DNA of 64,000 nucleotides from Chiloscyllium plagiosum (taxonomy: Eukaryota), in the NCBI RefSeq assembly GCF_004010195.1, contig NC_057758.1, positions 2,516,205-2,580,204 on the forward strand. Direction: 5' to 3'. The notes beneath the pieces were generated by a model. The model was not told the origin of the DNA, did no database searches, and saw only the letters and a program-made list of their open reading frames with translations. Each line of letters starts with the position of its first letter. Position 1 is the stretch's first letter. This document shows positions 22,800 through 36,890 of this stretch, in pieces. A program made the position numbers and the translations under genes.

Positions 22800-25700
22800 T
22801 TAAGAGCATGGGACTGGGATGCCATAGCAGTTACAGACACGTGGCTCAGGGATGGACGTTACTGGAAGCGTAATGTTCAAAGATACAAATGCAGTAGGAA
22901 GGATAGAAAGTGGATGGTGGTAAGAGAGAAGGAGAGTGGCGTTTTTGATAAAGGAATGCATTACTGCTGTACACAGGGAGGATATTTTAGGGAACATATC
23001 CAGGAAAATTATTTGGGGGGAACTAAGAAATAAGAAAGGAATAATCACGTAATTTGGAAATTGCGAATATATTTACCAGAACATTTCAGTTATCTGTAAG
23101 AATAATAGCGTGGTTATGGTAGGGGACCTTAATTTTCCAAACATAGACTGGGACTGCCATAGTGTTAAGGGTTCAGGCGGAGAGGACTTTGCTAAGTGTG
23201 CACAAGAATATTGTGTGCTTCAGTATGTTAATATTCCTACTACAGAAAATGTAGAGGAATTTGACCTACTGGGGGGAAATAACGCAGGGCAGGTGACTGA
23301 AATGTCAGAGGGGGAGCAATTTGCGGCCAACTAACAATTCTGTTCGTTTTTGATGGAAAAGGGTAGACCAGATCGAAAAGTTGTAGTTCTAAATTTCTTT
23401 ACTCAGCGAGTCGTGAGTTCATGGAATGCCCTGCCAGCAGCAGTGGTGGACTCTCCCTCTTTATGGGCATTTAAACGGGCATTGGATAGGCATATGGAGG
23501 ATAATGGGCTAGTGTAGGTTAAATGGGCTCGGATCGGCGCAACATCGAGGGCCAAAGGGCCTGTACTGCGCTGTATGTTTCTATGTTCTATGTAAATTGG
23601 AGGAATACTAATTTTGACGGTACTAGACATAACTTTCAAAAGCTGACTGGGGACTGATGATGAGAAGCAAAGGGACAGCTGGGAAAAGGGAAGCCTTCAA
23701 AAATGAGATAACGAGAGTCCAGAGACAGTTTATTCCTGTTAGGATGAAAGGTAAGGCTGGTAGGTGTGGGGAATTCTGAATGGCCATAGACATTGAGGTT
23801 TTCATTAAGAAAAAGGCGGAAGCATATGTCAGGTATAGATTAGATTCTCTAGAATGTGGAAACAGGCCCTTCAGCCGCACCGACCCTCCAAAGAGTAACC
23901 CACCCAAACCCATTTCCCTCTGACTAATGCAACAAACACTATGGGCAATTTACCATGGCCAATTCATCTGACCTGCACATCTTTGTGACTGTGAGAGGAA
24001 ACTGGAGCACCCAGAGGAAACCCACGCAGACACGGGGAGAATGTGCAAACTCCACACAGACAGTGGCCCGAGGCTGGAATCGAACCTGAGACGGTGAGGC
24101 AGCAGTGCTAACCGCTGAGCCACCGTGCCGCAATATAGATAGATAGGAGAGAATTCTATCGAGTGAATCGTAGGACATTATAAACACAGTAGGAGTGTAC
24201 TTAAGAGGGAATTCAGGAGGGAAAGAAGACGGCATGAGATAGCTTTGGCAAATAAGGAGAATCCAAAGGGTTCTTACAAAAATATTATAGACTAAAGGGT
24301 AACCAGGGAGAGAATAGTGCCCTCTCAAAAATCAGCAAGGCAACCTATGTGTGGAGTCGCAGGCGATTCAGGAGATACTAAAAGAATATTTTGCTTCAGT
24401 ATATATTGTGGAGAAGGACATGGAAGATACAGAATGTGAGAAAATTGAAGGTGGTATCTTGAAAAATTTCCATATTACAGAGGAGGAGGTGCTGAATGTT
24501 TTGAAATGCATAAAAGTGAATAAATCCCCAGCACCTCATCAGCTGTAACCGAGAACTCTATGGGAAGCTAGGAAAGTGAATGCAGGGCCCTTTGCTGAGA
24601 TATTTGGATCATCGGTAGTCACAGGTGAGGTGCCAGAACACTGGAGATTGACAACCGGTGCCACTATTTAAGAAAGGTGGTAAGGAAAAGCCAATGACCT
24701 CTAGACCAGTGAGCCTGACATCGGTGATGGACATGCTGTTGGAGGGAATCCTAAGGTACAGGATTTACATGTATTTGAAAAGGCAAGAACTGATTAGGGA
24801 TAGTCAGAATGGTTTTGGGCGTGGCAAAACATATCTCACGAGCTTGATTGAGTTTTTTTGAATAAATAACAATGACGATTGATGAAAGCAGAGCAGTGGA
24901 TGTGATCTGTGTGGACTTCAGTAAGGCACTCGACAAGGTACCCATGGGAGACTAGTTAGCAAGGTTAGGTCTCATGGAATACAGTGAGAACTAGCCATTT
25001 GGATACAGAACTGATTAGAAGGTAGAAGGCAGAGTGTGGTGGTGGAGGGCAGCTTATCAGACTGGAGACCAGTGGTGTCCCATAAGGATCCGTACAGCGT
25101 CCATGCTTTTTGTCATTCATATGAATGATTTAGTTAGTAAGTTTGCTGATGTCATCAGAATTGGTGGTGTAATGGATAGCGAAGAAGGTTACCTCAGAGT
25201 ACAAAGGAATCTTGATCAGATGGATCAATGTGCTGAAGAGTGGCAGATGGTGTTTAGTTGAGCTACGTGCAAGGTGCTGCATTTTGGAAAATCACATCAG
25301 AGTAGGACTTATACACTTGAGGAGTGTTGCTGAACAAAGAGACCTCGAAGTGCAGTTCATAATTCCTTGAAAGTAGAATCGCAGGTAGATGGGATAGTGA
25401 AAAAGGCGTTTGATATGCATTCCTTTCTAGGACAACGAATTGAGTATAGGAGTTGGGAGGTCATGTTGTGACTGTACACAACATTGGTTAGGCAACTTTT
25501 GAAATGTTGCATGCAATTCTGGTCTCCTTCCTATCGGAAGGATGTTGTGAAACTTGAAAAGGTTAAGAAAAGATTCACAAGGATGTTGTCAGGGTTGGAG
25601 GATTTAAGCTATATGGATAGGCTAAGCAGTTTGGGGCTGTTTTCTGTTTAGCGTCAGAGGCTGGGGAGCGAACTTCTTGAGGTTTATAAAATCTTGACGG

Positions 25701-26040
25701 GCGTGGATAGGATAAATAGACATGGTCTTTCCCCTGGGTTGGGGGAGTTGTGAGGGCATAGGTTTAGAGAAAGATCTAAAAGGGACCTAAGGGACAACGT
25801 TTTCACGCAGAGTCTTCTGCATGTACGGAATGACTTGCCAGAGGAAGTTTTGGAGGCTGAATTAATTGCAGCATTTAAATTGCATCTGGATGGGTATATG
25901 AATAGGAAGGGTTTGGCGGGATATGGCCCATGTGCTGGCAAATGGATTTAGGTTAGCTTCGGATTTAGGTTAGCTTCGGATATCTGGTCGGCATGGATGA
26001 GTTGGACCGAATTGTCTATTTCCGTGCTATACATCTCCAT
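22800..26040 (+). mobile_element. Near-complete decayed CR1 ORF2 + 3' end, with nested CR1 tail (about 23395-23590) and SINE (about 23835-24130)
   Basis: IAVTDTW, VGDLNFPNIDW, PLFKKGGKEKPMTSRPVSLTS, SKFAD and RQLLKCCMQFWSP. Confidence 0.88.
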
Positions 26041-26539
26041 GAGTCTATCTCAGCCCAGACAGTGCATTAAAGGTTGTGAGGTTAGAATCCGTCTGCATCC
26101 AATCTTGAGGCAGACTGTGTCCATTTCCAAAGTCGGAGTTATAAAATGTTATATGGATTGACTGCCTGCAGATTGTGCAATCTTTGAACAAAATAGCATG
26201 TGTCTGCAAATGCAAATTCATCCCATAGACATATATGTGCATGTACGTGCATGAGAGAGGAAGTGAGTGTGCATGTGATGGAATGTGTGTTTCCTCATGT
26301 TCAAGCTTAGTAGAGGGTGGGGGTGAGTGTGACCGGGTATAAGCCTTTGTGAGCATGTGCGTGGGGTGTATCTGTATGTTTCTGCAGAAATGCAAGAAAG
26401 ATCACACACACACTCTCTTCTGCAGAAATGCAAGAAAGATCACACACACACTCTCCCTCTCTCTGACACACACACACACACACACATTNNNNNNNACACA
26501 TAGTCACACTCTCTCACACACACACACACAGAATCCCAA

Positions 26540-26833
26540 TAGTGTGGGAACAGGCCATTTGTCCCAACAAGTCCCCACCGACACTCCAAAGAGTCCGACC
26601 CATTCCCCTATCCAATTATTTCCCAATTCCCCTGATTAATGCACTTCAGCTACACATCCCTGATCACTATGGCCAATTCACCTAACCTGCACATCTTTGG
26701 AGTGTGGGAGGAAGCCAAAGTACCCGGAGAAAACCCATGTAAGCACAGGGAGAAGGTGCCAACTCCACACAGACAGTCGCCCAAGGCTGGAATCAAGCTT
26801 GGGTCCCGGGCACAGTGAGCCACCGTGCTGCCC
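26540..26833 (-). mobile_element. HE1-like SINE within a (CA)n/Penelope-associated region
   Basis: SINE body in reverse orientation. Confidence 0.75.
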
Positions 26834-27409
26834 GCTTAGACTCCATCACATTCACTCACAAACTCTACCAAGCACACACACATGCAAACACATACTCTCT
26901 CATGTGCACTCACATTCACAAACTCAGATGTATACACTCTCTGTCTCGCTCTTATACACACACATACACATGTTTATGCGGTGAATTAGCATTTACTGAA
27001 CTGTATTTGTAGATACATTCTATTTTGCTCAAAAAGTACACAATCTGAAGGCAGTCAGTCCATGTAAGATTTCATAAATTGTAACTTTGGAAATACAACC
27101 AGTCTGACTCAAGATTGGGATACACACAGACTCTAATCTCACAGCTTTAATACATTGCTAAGATGTCACTTTTCTTTATTAATCTTACATTATCTCGAAA
27201 ATGTGACTTAAAAGAAGTTCTGGGATTTACACATTAATGAAACGAAATCTGCAACACATTCTAAAAGATGAAAGACGTAACAGCAATCTAGGTTTGTTTA
27301 ACATATCGTTTCAGTTGCATGACGCTGGAATCTGTTTGCTATAAACTCTGTGTTTTATGATTCTGCTTCACAGTTACCCGATGAAGGAGCAGCGCTTTGG
27401 AAGCTAATT

Positions 27410-28600
27410 CAAAGAACAAAGAAAATTATTGCAAAAACAAGGACCTCCGGCCCTCCAATCCTGCGCCGATCCAGATCATCTATGTAACCCTGTCACCTAT
27501 TTTCTATGTATCAATATCCCTCTGCTCCCTTCCCATTCATGTAGATGTCTAGATATATCTGAAACGACGTTGTCATGTTCGCCTCTACCATGTCTGCTGG
27601 CAATGCATTCCTGGCACCCATAAGAACGTCTCCATAAAGAACTTTCCATGCATATCTCCCTTCAAAGTTTCCCCTCTCAGCTTGAACGTCTTGCCATCCA
27701 CTCTGCCTAGGGGTCTCATGATTTTGCAAACGTCAATCAGGTTCCCCTGCAAACTCCGTCTTTGTAGTGAAAATAATCCTAATCTGCTCAAACTCGCTTC
27801 ATGGCTGGCGCCCTCCATACTAGGCAACATTTGGTGAACCTTCTCTGCATCCTCTTCAAAGCATCCACATTTTTTTGGTAATGAGGCGATCAGAACTGTA
27901 CGCAGAATTCCAACGGGCCAAAGTTTTATACAACTGTAACGTCCCCTGCCAACCATTGCACTGAATGCTCCGTCCGATCAAGGAAAGCATGCTGTATGTC
28001 TTCCTGGCCACTCTATCGACCTGAGTTGCCACCTTCACGGAACAATGGACCCGAACATGGAGGTTTCTCTGTACATCAATTTCCCCAGGGCTTTTCCATT
28101 TACCATATTGTTCGCTCTTGAATTGGGTCTTCCAAAATGCATCACCTTGTATTTGTCCGGATTGAACTCCATCTGTGAACTCCAACCAGTTCTTTATCCA
28201 TCTAGCTAGTATAGCCTGGACCTCGCACTACTTCACGTTCTATCAGCCTACCATGGGGAACCTTCTCAAACGCCTTACAGAAGTCCATGTACATGACAAT
28301 TACAGCCTTCCCTCATCAATCAACTTTGTCACTTCCTCAAATAATTCTATTACGTTGGTAAGACATGACATTCCCTGCTCAACACCTATCACTTTTGCCT
28401 ATCACTGATAAGCCCATTTTCTTCCAAATGGGAATTGATCTTATCCCTCAATATCTTCTCCAGCAACTTCCCTACTACTGACGTCAGGCTCACTGGTCTA
28501 CAATTACTTGGGTTATCTCTGCTGCCCTTCTTAAGCAAGGGGACAATATTAACAATTCTCCAGTCCTCGGGACCTCACCCGTGTTCAACAATGGTGCAAA
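27410..28600 (-). mobile_element. CR1 LINE 3' part with internal deletion
   Basis: VKVATQVDRVARKTYSML, LSRLGLFSLQRRSLQGNLI and a (ttctttg)n-type tail. Confidence 0.85.
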
Positions 28601-28889
28601 TAAACTTGTTGCGCTAAAGCCTGGTGTTGTGTGATTCTTAACTTTGGCAACCACAATCCGACACGGGCACCTCCACATCGTGTCTAATAGCCCAACTGCC
28701 TTGAATTCAGCATTCGAATGTGCTGGACTGGTCAATCCCCACAGTTCCCGTCTACTCTTATCATTTTTATGTGTGAGAAGATGTGGATCAAGACCTCTCA
28801 TTATTGCCTGTTGGCCTGAACTACTAGGAGCGCACTCGGCTATTGGGCAATCCGCCAGTCCCACACTGTCCCCAGAGACTTCTGCTCGT

Positions 28890-29817
28890 TTTCTTTTGTT
28901 TTTTTTGTGTGCAGGTGTGAGACACAGTGAAAGACACAAAGTGCACGAATCTTTATTCAAATTCCACCACCAGGAAGATAGGAAAGTGGCCAGTGACAAA
29001 CAGTGCCCTTCACATCAAAGGGCAGTGATGTGTGATCAAAACAGTGAAGGGGAGGGTAGGGACTAAATCAAAATAGAGTTGGAGGGAGAAATAATGCACT
29101 CCACTCCCTGCGGCGCCCCAGGAGCAGGCCCACGAGGAGGTCTTCAGACCTGCCCTCCTTCCTCCGTACCGGGTGCCCAAAGATCAGGAGCGTGGGACTG
29201 AAGTGCAACCAAAAGCAGAGGAGGAGGTTTTTCAGGAAATCAAAAAGGGAGTGCAAACGCCCACACCCAACATACACGTGGTCCACAGACTCCACAGCGC
29301 CACAGAACAAGCAGTTGGGCTGGGAGTCCATGAACCACCGCAATCTGCGGTTGCAGGGGACTGCTGCGTGCAGCACCCTCCACCCCAGATCCCCGAGAGA
29401 AAGGGGGAGACTCCCACGTAGAGAGCCCTCTACTGGGGATCCCCACTGCCCGGTGGCAAATGGGCACGCCAAGGCGTGTCCGGACGGTGGATGAGGGAGA
29501 AGAGGTGGACGGTGTGCAGCAGCTGTCTATACAGAGCACACCAACTAGGAGGAGGCTCGACATAAAGGTATCGCCGCAAGGTCTGAAGGCGGAACGTCAT
29601 GACCTGGGTGCGGACGCACACCAGCGACTGACCGCCCTCCTCAATAGGGAGACTCAGAACGTGCGCAGCGACCCAGTGCATCTTTTTGTCCCAGAAGAAG
29701 TCGACCAACGCTCTCTGGATGTCAGCGACAAAGCCAGGAGAAGGGACCAAAGTGACCAGCCGGTACCACAGCATGGCGGCCACCAGCTGGTTTATGACCA
29801 GCACTCGACTCCTGTAA
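28890..29817 (-). mobile_element. 5'-truncated Tx1-clade (L1-like) LINE with target-site duplication
   Basis: VINQLVAAMLWY...FFW...LSLPIEEGGQ and the zf-RVT-like WRVLH...CLFCGAVESVDHVYVGC; AATAAA and A-rich tail; TSD agacttctgctcgt at 28876-28889 and 29818-29831. Confidence 0.88.
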
Positions 29818-30424
29818 AGACTTCTGCTCGTCCATCAGGGAGAACACAATTAATTGGCCGATGGATTGCTGTTAATCACCTGCCTAGCCCGCCATGAACT
29901 CATTTCATTGGCTATTCTGTTCTCTGCCCACCTCCTCTTGGCCCAACCAGTGAACACTCACATCTCAGGCCTACAACTCTCCATCTCTCCATTGGCTTGT
30001 CCTTTCACAGTTAGGTTACCACTCTCTCCCTAATTAATGGCCCATTGCAGTTTCAATCCCAAAACCCTCCTCACTCTTCACCGATACATTGCCCTGCCAT
30101 GTGCTCTTGCATTGGACAGTTTCTCATTTCCCTACCTCATTCCACCATCCGTCATTGGCTGTTGTGCTTGCCATTCAGGTTTCCAACAGGCAGGGAACCC
30201 ATTGTTCAAAGAGTCGTGTGTTTCCGTTGGCTCATGGTCGTCAGTCATATCGTATTCCACACCGATTTGTTCCAAGGACAACAGCCAATTGCCACATCAT
30301 GCCTTTTCTTCACTGAGGGTTCCGCACCCCTGAGAAATCTGATTGGTCTGACATCTCCCGAAATTTTGGACTTTTACCATAAAGAGGCAGATCCCGCTCT
30401 TAAAGTGCCCTCCATCGAATTCAG

Positions 30425-30630
30425 AAAGTTAAACATCACACAACACCAGGTTATAATCCAACAGATTTATGTGGAAGCACTAGCTTCGGAGCGTTGCTCC
30501 TTCATCAGTACTTACCTGATGAAGTGGCAGTACTCCTAAAGCTGCTGCTTCCATATAAACCTGTTGGACTATAACCTGGTGTGTGCCTTTTAACTTTATC
30601 CACCCCAGTCCAACACTGGCTCCTCCACAT
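30425..30630. mobile_element. Palindromic Penelope terminus (second family) with two degenerate hammerhead cores
   Basis: acaccaggttataatccaacag...ttcatcag followed by ctgatgaa...ctgttggactataacctggtgt. Confidence 0.75.
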
Positions 30631-30729
30631 AATGGAAATTAGAAAGGATTTTATGTTTTAGGAGGTGTGGGGAGGTGGGTCAGAGCGCTGGCGAAGAGGA
30701 AAGGACCACCCTAAAGTTGAAGCATTGTC

Positions 30730-31160
30730 TTAGAGGCGTAGAGATGTACAGCACGGAAACAGATCCTGCAGTCCAACTCGTCCATGCTGACCAGATGTCC
30801 TAAACTAATCCAGTCCCATTTGCCAGCACTTGACCTATAACCTTCGAAATCCTTCCAGTTCATGTACCCATCAAGATGACTTTTAAATACTGCAAATGTA
30901 CGAGCCTCCACCACTTCCTCTGCAGCTTTCATACAGGCACCACCCTCTGCATGAAAATGTTGCTCCTTATGTCCCTTTGATATCATTCCCCTTTCACCTT
31001 AAACGTATGCCCTCTAGTTCTGGACTCCCCCACCTCAGGGGATAGACTGTCTATTTACTCTATAAACCTCTATAAAGTCACCCCTCAGCCTCAAACACTC
31101 CAGGGAACACAGCCCCAGCCTATTCAGCATCCTCCTACAGCTCAAATCCTCCAATCCTGG
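30730..31160 (-). mobile_element. CR1 3' end
   Basis: EEVVEARTFAVFKSHLDGYM plus the shared 3' tail. Confidence 0.8.
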
Positions 31161-31239
31161 CTTGGAGGCACCAGTGTTGGACTGGGGTGTACAAAGTTAA
31201 ACATCACACAACACCAGGTTATAGTCCAACAGGTTGTTC

Positions 31240-32545
31240 ACAGCAAACTGCCTGGCTTTCAGGGCAACACCATGCAACCTTGTCATGGTAAACGCTGCAA
31301 AACGTGTCAGAGTTTCGACATGGATACCAACATTACACATGGAGACACCTCCCATCATGCACGTGGCAGGTACTCATGTGACTCGGCCAAAATTGTCTAT
31401 CTCATATGCTGCAGGCAAAGATGCCCTGAGGCATGGTACGTTGGTAAGACTGAACAGAGGCTACAGCAACGGATGAGTGGACACCACACAACAATCAACA
31501 GACAGAAGTGTTCCCTCCCAGTTGGTCCGGGACATTCGATCTCGGACCTTGGGGTCATCATCCTCCAAGGCGGACGTCGGGACAGACAACAATGGAAAGT
31601 GGCTGAGCAGAGGCTGATAACCAAGTTCGGTATCAATGGAGATGGCCTCAACCGGTTTATGTCACCCAACAGGTGACCCCACTGCACCCCACACACATAC
31701 ACACACACCACACACTCACAAGTGCACACACACAGACACTCCTACAGACACACACACACGCTCCTACTGACCAATACAATCAAGCAGACCCTTTTTCACA
31801 CACAGGTTCCCTCTCATACAGTCGACACACACAGACACTCCTACAGACACACACACACGCTCCTACTGACCAATACAATCAAGCAGACCCTTTTTCACAC
31901 ACAGGTTCCCTCTCATACAGTCACACGTGCACTCCCAAACTCACACAAGCACGCTCTCACAGATTTACACCCCTTTATACTCACACTGACACACATACAG
32001 ATACACGCAATCTCTCACAGGCATTCATACCCGCCCCCTCCCCCGCATACACACACCCACATGCACGTGCGCGCAAACACACACATAAGTTTGTGGTGTC
32101 AATTTGTCCTTGCAGCATTACCTTCTATTTTGCCCGAAAACTGCTCAAATCCAAGTAAGATTCTGTAAATCCCTTTTTTAGATTAGAATCAGTCTGAACA
32201 TTGTGGCAGCCACTCACAGGGCAACTCCCACCTTCAACGCATTACGTAGGCCAACATGACACCTATGGTTAAAGTTCACTTGAGAATGCAACTTCAGGGA
32301 AGTTCAGGAATTTGCCTCTGAAAGAATTGGAACCAACATGCCCATTCTAAAAGATGAGAGACTTAACAAAAAATCCGGGTCCTTTTCAATATATAATTTC
32401 AGTTACATCACACTGTAACATTTTGCTATAAATTCTGTGTCCTCCGATCTTCTACTCCACAATCACCTGATGGAGCTGTGCTCCAAAAGCCAGTGCTTCC
32501 AAATAAACCTGTTGGAATGTAACCTGGTGTTGTGTGATTTGTAAC
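31240..32545 (+). mobile_element. Penelope-like element (second family), GIY-YIG region and 3' terminus
   Basis: PCHGKRCKTC...IVYLICCRQRCPEAWYVGKTEQRLQQRMSGH...AEQRLITKF...DGLN, followed by a CA-rich region and a degenerate hammerhead near 32465. Confidence 0.85.
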
Positions 32546-32549
32546 TTGG

Positions 32550-34090
32550 TCCAACCCTCGCAACATCCTTGTAAATCTTTTTCTGAACCCTTTCAAATTT
32601 CACAACATTCTTCCGATAGGAAAGAGAGCAGAATTGCATGCAATATTCCAAAAGTGACATAACCAATGTCCAGCACACCCACAATATGACTTCGCAACTC
32701 TGATACTCTGACCAATAAAGGAAAGCATACCAACGCTTTCTTCACTATCCTATATACCTACTACTCTACTTTTAATGATCTATGAACCTGTACTCCATGG
32801 TCTCTTTGTTCAGTGTTACTATTACTATTACTATTAAGTGTATATGTCCTGCTCTGATTTGCTTTTCCAAAATGCAGCACCTCACATTTATCTAAATTAA
32901 ACTCCATCTGCCACCCCTCAGCACATTGGTCCATCTGATGAAGATCCCTTTGTACTCTCAGGAAACATTATTCCGCTACACCTCCAATTTTGGTGATATA
33001 TGCAAACTTATGAACTGAACATGCTTATGTTCACATTTATATAAATGACAAAAAGTAGTGGACCCAGTACCGAATCTTGTGGCATTCCACTCGTCACAGG
33101 CCTCCAGTCTGAAAAGCAACCTTCCACCACCACTGTCTGCCTTCTACCTTTGAGCCAGATCTGTATCCAAATGGCTAATTCTCCCTGTATTCCATGAGAT
33201 CTAATCTTGCAAACCAGTCTCCCTGGGTAACCTTGTTGAACGCCTTACTAAAGTCCATATAGATCACATCTACCGTTCTTCCTTCATTAATCCTCTTTGT
33301 TACTTCTTCAAAAAGCTCAATCAAGTTCGTGAGACATGATTTCCCACACACAAAGCCATGCTGACTATCCTTAGCCAGTCGTTGCCTTTCCAAATGCCTG
33401 TCGCTCAGGATTCCTTCCAACAACTTGCCCACCACCGACGTCAGGATCACCAGTCTAAAGTTCCCTGGCCTTTCTTTACCACTTTTCTTAAATAGTGGCA
33501 CCACGTTAACCAACTTCCAGTCTTGCAGCACCTCACCAGTGACTATTGATGATACAAACATCTCAATAAGAGGACAAGCAATCACTTCCCTAGATTCCCA
33601 CAGTGTTCTAGGATACGCCTGATCAGGTCCTGGGGATTTATCCATTTTTATGCGTTTTACGGCATCCAGCACTTCCTCCTCTGTAATATGGACATTTTTC
33701 AAGATGGCACCATCGATTTCCCGACATTCTAGATCTTCCATGTCCTTCTCCACAGTGAACACTGATGCAAAATATTTGTTTAGTATCTCGCTCATTTCCT
33801 GGGGCTTTATGCGTAGGCTGCATATATTTGCTTCGCTGATCTTTGAGGGGGCCGTATTCTCTCCTTAGTTACTTTTTTGCTCTTAATGTATTTGTAAAAA
33901 ACCTTTCGATTCTCCTTAACCCTATATGCCAAAGCTATCTCATATCCGCTTTTCACCCTTCTGATTTCCTTCTTAAGTATACCCCTACTGCCTTTATACT
34001 CTTCCAATGTTTCTCTCGATCTCTCCTGTCTATACCTGATATATACTTCCTTCTTTTCTCTTAACCAAATCCTCAATTTCTCTGGTTATC
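32550..34090 (-). mobile_element. CR1 LINE ORF2 RT region
   Basis: 206-aa ORF 33175-33795: KSPGPDQAYPR...QHGFVCGKSCLTNLIELFEEVT...[14 protein letters not shown]. Confidence 0.92.
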
Positions 34091-35684
34091 CCGGTCTGCC
34101 TCAGAAAAAGGCTGCATCAAATCTGCGCACAGCTAGATCCCATAAAGGCCGGTGGCAGAGGCGGGAAGATGGGCACCAACATGTTTCCAAACAGGGGAAG
34201 GCTGGAACAATCCCAGATCCACCTCTCGTCTAAAGTGGTGTGTGTCAATGCACCAGACAGACTGTTTGATCACTCCCTATCCACGTTCATCTGACAACCC
34301 AATTGAAATAAATTCTGGAAATCCCATCATTCACAACAGGAACAGGGACTGATCCCCCGCACCCACTTCCCCATCATCCCCTATACTATCTGCAATCTAC
34401 AAGAGAGTGAGCAATCTCTGTATATGTTTCAAGTTTGGGGCCTGTGTGCAACAGCATGACAGGTGAGGAAGGAGGAAAGGGACAGACAGGGGTAGTCTGG
34501 ACTCAACTATTGAACTGTTGCTTTCTCTCTTACCAACTAACCCCTTATCCTCTCACATCTTGCATTCATTGAGACAATTTGCAAGAATATCAATTTAACG
34601 GGGGCAGGGGGAATATAGTTATTCTGCAGGAGGGACGGGTTCCAGTGATCACAAAGAAGACACAGAGACTCACAGAGTGCGGAGTGTCAAGGAGCTGACT
34701 GATGTAACTTCAGTTTTCAGGGACAATTGGAGGTAGGCACCCAATACTGGCTTTGTAAACATTTCAGAAATCTTTGTTCTGACATGCTCCCTGTGTCAAA
34801 CTAAAACAAATACATCACACTGTGCACCTTTATAATTTGAATATGTGTTTGATCTGCTCATCACTTTCTGAAGTTGGTGCTGCCTCACAGTCTGTGGAGA
34901 TTCCCACCGACTGACTTTGCTCACCTTTGCTCCCAGGGAACAAAAATCTTTAGTCTTTGTCTGGATAATCAATGATAAACTTTGTACACCCTAGTCCGAC
35001 ATCTCCAATGATAATGGATAAATTAAAACATTCAGTAAGTAGTTCAAAAATGAAAGGCACCGCCTTTTACAATGTTAAACAAAAACAAACTTTATTGTGC
35101 AAATGAAAAATTAAACCAAGAAGCATCCTAATACCAGAATCGTAAATATCAGTGTAATGCCTTGAATTCAATGCCACTTTTACAGAACAAGATTTCCCTT
35201 ATTTCATGAAATCTTGAAGCTTCATTCACTTTCTTCAGGGACCAGCCTAAAGTATGCCAGAGCCCACTGGAATTTAAATCGATTTCTGCCCAGTTTCTCA
35301 TTCTGATTGCTAAGATTGTCAGGGCTCTTTCGCTCTCGAATTGTTCTATTCTCTGTGTTGTCAGAGCTGATTAGATAAAAGCAGTTTGTCTGTCAAAAGA
35401 CCTGGAACCCTGTCAAACCTGGCTACAATCTTCATTGATGATAATAATCTGATACATTTTTATACTCAGGGGATGATTTGATTTCTCATCTTTTTTTTAA
35501 GAAAAATTGTAATCTTTCAATTTTTTTGCCTGATTCCCATTCAGAAGAAAATACTGTTTAACTCAGTCATGTCAACAGTTTCCTCAATTTGGATTTTTAG
35601 TTTTCTTTCTAACATGTTGACTCTTCCTTATCATGCTGAGGTTTAAAATACTCATTTGTGAAGCGGTAATTTGAAGTGTAATAT

Positions 35685-35998
35685 GATTAGGTTAGATTAC
35701 TTACAGTGTGGAAACAGGCCCTTCGGCCCAACAAGTCCACGCCAACCCTCCGAAGAGCAACACACCCAGACCCATTCCCCTATATTTACCCCTTCACCTA
35801 ACACTATGGGCAATTTAGCATGGCAAATTCACCTGACCTGCACATCATTGGACTGATGGAGGAATCCGGAGCACCCAGACGAAACCCACGCAGACACGAG
35901 GACAATGTGCACACAGACAGTCACCCGAGGCTGGAATTGAACCTGGAACCTTGGTGCTGTGAGGCAGCAGGGCTAACCACTAAGCCCTCCATGCCACC
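35685..35998 (-). mobile_element. HE1-like SINE
   Basis: Reverse-complement SINE body and tail. Confidence 0.85.
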
Positions 35999-36399
35999 CA
36001 TATGACATGGCCTTTTCCCACACTGCAGGGATTCGAGGAAATTTATCTGTTGTACTCTGCATTGTCTTAGCACTGGCATGCAGACTTCAAGATTGATGTT
36101 ATTCATACATAGCTGCAAATGCCTTTGTTTATTCTGTTGAAAATATGACGCTTGAGATTCAGCAGGGAATGGATGTAAGTTTGCTCACTGAGCTGGAAGG
36201 TTTCCTTTCAAGAAAACGAACCTTCTCGCTCAGCGAGCAAACTTACATCCGGAATCTCAACCTGAGCTACCAGTCTTCTCAAAACTCGCTATTCTGCAGG
36301 TAGTTCGACAGATTCTGAGCTGTCCATTACTGGCGTAAATTCTTTACTTTTCCTTTGTTTCAATCAGTTCCATGTTCAGCTGGATTCCAAATGGTGAGG

Positions 36400-36890
36400 T
36401 GCTCTCACTCTCAGGAGTACATTTGCAGATGGCACCAAAATTGGAGGTGTAGTAGAAAGTGAAGAAGGCTGAATAAGCTGGGGCTGTCTTCTGTGTAGGG
36501 TTGGAGGCTGAGGCGTGACCATATAGAGGTTTACAAAATTCTGAGGGCCATGGATTGGGTAAATAGACAAAGTTTTTCCCCTGGGTTGGGGGAGTCCAGG
36601 ACTGGAGGACTTAGATTTATGATGAGAGGGGAAAGATTTAAAAGGGATCTGAAGAGCAACGTTTTCACACAGAAAGTGGTTTGTGTATGGAATGAGCTGC
36701 CAGAGAAGCAGTGGAGGTTAGTACAATTACAAGACTTAAAAGGCAGCTGGATGGGTACATCAATAGGAAGGGTTTACAGGGATATATGCCAAGTGATGGA
36801 AAATGGGACGAGATTAATTTAGGATAACCAGTCAGCATGGACGAATTGGATTGAAGGATCTGTTTCCCTGCTGTACATCTCCATGATTCT
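36400..36890 (+). mobile_element. CR1 3' fragment with internal deletion
   Basis: FADGTKIGG joined directly to the 3' LRRDHIEVYKIL...FTQKVVCVWNELP region. Confidence 0.8.

Noticed and set aside
31726..31923. Exact ~99-bp tandem duplication (also a ~39-bp one near 26380-26457)
   Set aside because: Located in CA-rich tracts, one next to an N gap; most likely slippage or assembly error, with no functional signal.
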